From positions 640,001 to 704,000 of the forward strand of contig CBDBHR010000030.1 in assembly GCA_965205865.1 (NCBI GenBank): a stretch of DNA of 64,000 nucleotides. The letters run 5' to 3'. Origin of the DNA: a bacterium (GTDB lineage Bacteria; SAR324; NAC60-12). Below, in pieces: positions 62,506 through 64,000 of this stretch. The notes below the pieces were generated by a model. It was not told the origin of the DNA. It did not search any database and saw only the letters and a list, made by a program, of their open reading frames with translations. Positions within the stretch are counted from its first letter, which is position 1; every line of letters begins with the position of its first letter. A program made the position numbers and the translations under genes.

Positions 62506-62732
62506 CGTTAGCGATGGCTATCGACAAAAAACTATCGACCAAGCTCTTAATTTGAGGAGTACTTTTAGAAAAAGCCAGGAGAGTTCATAGCGCTTCTGAG
62601 TATAAGGCCATGTCAGAGCCAATCTTATTGGATTTACAACAACGAGAAAGTGAAATTCTCCAATACTTGTATTCTACAGTTTGCCATGACTTCCCATCAG
62701 CAAGCGAGGATTTTCACGCATCAAGAGTCCCC

Positions 62733-63698
62733 TTACTTGTATTGGATTCGTGGATCCAGGTAGGAGTAGAGGAGGTCGATGAACAAATTGATCGTCATGA
62801 CCGCGAAGGCAAAGAAAAGATTGATCCCCGATATCAACGGGTAGTCGCGATTGTTGAGGGCATTGATCAACAGCCGTCCCAGACCCGGGATAGCGAACAT
62901 CTGCTCCATGATCACCGTACCGCCGATCACTAAGGGCAGCTGCAGGCCAATCAAGGTCACCACCGGGATCAGCGCGTTCTTGATGGCGTGCCGCAGGATG
63001 ACCACGCGCTCTCTGAGGCCCTTGGCCCACGCGGTGCGAATGTAATCCTGTCGGAGCACCTCCAGCATCATCGTGCGGGTCATGCGCATCGTGCCCGCTG
63101 CCAGATAGGTGCCGAGGATCAAACCCGGCACGATGAAGATGCCAAAGTGGCCGACGAAGTCGTCGCTCAGGCGCACCAGGCGCAGCGGGGGAGCCCACCC
63201 CCACCAGATCGCCGGGAAGATGAGGATGATGGTGGCCAGCCAGAAGTTGGGCGTCGCCAGGCCGAAGATGGCGAAGGAGCGGCCGGCGTAGTCTCCCAGG
63301 GTGTTCTGATTGATGGCAGAGTAAATCCCGATGGGCACTCCGATCAGCAGACCGATGAGGATCGACACCAGACCCAGTTCGATGGTGGTCGGCAGCCGGC
63401 CGGCGATCAGTTGACCGACCGGTTCCGCCTTCAACAGAGGTTTGCCCAGATCGCCACGCAGGAGTATGCCGCCCATCCAGCGGCCATACTGCACGGGGAC
63501 CGGCACGTCCAGCCCCAGCCGCCGCTCGAGCTCCGCACGGTCGATGTGGGCGCCGCCGCCTGCCCCATCCTCCATCCGGTACAAAAGCGTGTCTATGACA
63601 TCCCCTGGGATGAACCGCACCGAGAGGAACACCAGAATGGTGACCAGAAAAAAGGTCGGAATCAGCAGCAGGACCCGCCGGATGATGTACGTTTTCAT
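62733..63698 (-). CDS. Dpp/Opp ABC permease (DppB-like)
   Basis: Full-length paralog. Confidence 0.93.
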   Translation of the reverse strand: MKTYIIRRVLLLIPTFFLVTILVFLSVRFIPGDVIDTLLYRMEDGAGGGAHIDRAELERRLGLDVPVPVQYGRWMGGILLRGDLGKPLLKAEPVGQLIAGRLPTTIELGLVSILIGLLIGVPIGIYSAINQNTLGDYAGRSFAIFGLATPNFWLATIILIFPAIWWGWAPPLRLVRLSDDFVGHFGIFIVPGLILGTYLAAGTMRMTRTMMLEVLRQDYIRTAWAKGLRERVVILRHAIKNALIPVVTLIGLQLPLVIGGTVIMEQMFAIPGLGRLLINALNNRDYPLISGINLFFAFAVMTINLFIDLLYSYLDPRIQYK

Positions 63699-63826
63699 AG
63701 CTTCTACCGCAAGGTTTCTGTCGGAAATGCGCCGGAGTGCAGCTCCGTTATTGCAATCATAACTAATTGGGTTCCAACCACATCCATCGAACTCACGGAA
63801 TCCAGGTCAGAACCCAATTTATTGCT

Positions 63827-64000
63827 TCACTCCTTGTCGATCCAGAGGCGGGCGTAGATCGGCATTCTCTGAAGATTGCCGAGATCACCTTCCCCGTTGT
63901 AGCCCTTGAGCCATGGCTGGTGGACATTGAACAGTGGAGCTCTCGGCCCCCGTATCACCCATATCCCCTCGGCGATGCGCAGGTCGGCCTTTCGCGCCCA
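63827..64000 (-). CDS. ABC substrate-binding protein family 5, copy 5 (3' end only)
   Basis: QPWLKGYNGEGDLG...IYARLWIDKE* matches the paralog C-termini. Confidence 0.8.
   Translation of the reverse strand, partial: WARKADLRIAEGIWVIRGPRAPLFNVHQPWLKGYNGEGDLGNLQRMPIYARLWIDKE

Noticed and set aside
62514-62550. Possible IS256 N-terminal scrap (MAIDKKL..DQ)
   Set aside because: Only ~12 codons, frameshifted, no ends identifiable
1-64000. tRNA or rRNA genes
   Set aside because: No cloverleaf or rRNA signature noticed by eye; tRNAscan-SE/barrnap not run

Overview
Bacterial chromosomal window with three parts. Taxonomy cannot be fixed from sequence alone; the gene content resembles a deltaproteobacterial/SAR324-type genome (inference). 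(1) 0.7-35 kb and 59.6-64 kb are accessory DNA dominated by an amplified family of minus-strand Dpp/Opp-type ABC cassettes: 5 family-5 substrate-binding genes, 6 dppB-like and 5 dppC-like copies, several decayed, and no ATPase gene anywhere in the window. (2) Between the cassettes lie a nested mobile-element pile-up at 7.9-17.2 kb (IS66, IS5, IS1595, a half-dead R-M system, an ORF-less group II intron inside a second ORF-less group II intron whose domain 6 is split by IS1380), three integrase-less attC sites, three Rpn-family nuclease genes with internal RBS+ATG, MITEs/REPs and toxin-antitoxin relics. (3) 35.6-59.6 kb is core genome: single-chain acyl-CoA carboxylase, cmoB, hom, yccA, a frameshifted argG, trxB, rnhA, rpoZ, gltBD and a nitroreductase. 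The most unusual signal is a non-coding module (sigma70-like promoter, 1-4 ~36-nt hairpin repeats, weak hairpin plus U-tract) present six times. Three copies are tandem cargo inside a TSD-flanked IS66 element, and all point toward an ABC substrate-binding gene. All calls were made by eye, with no database search.
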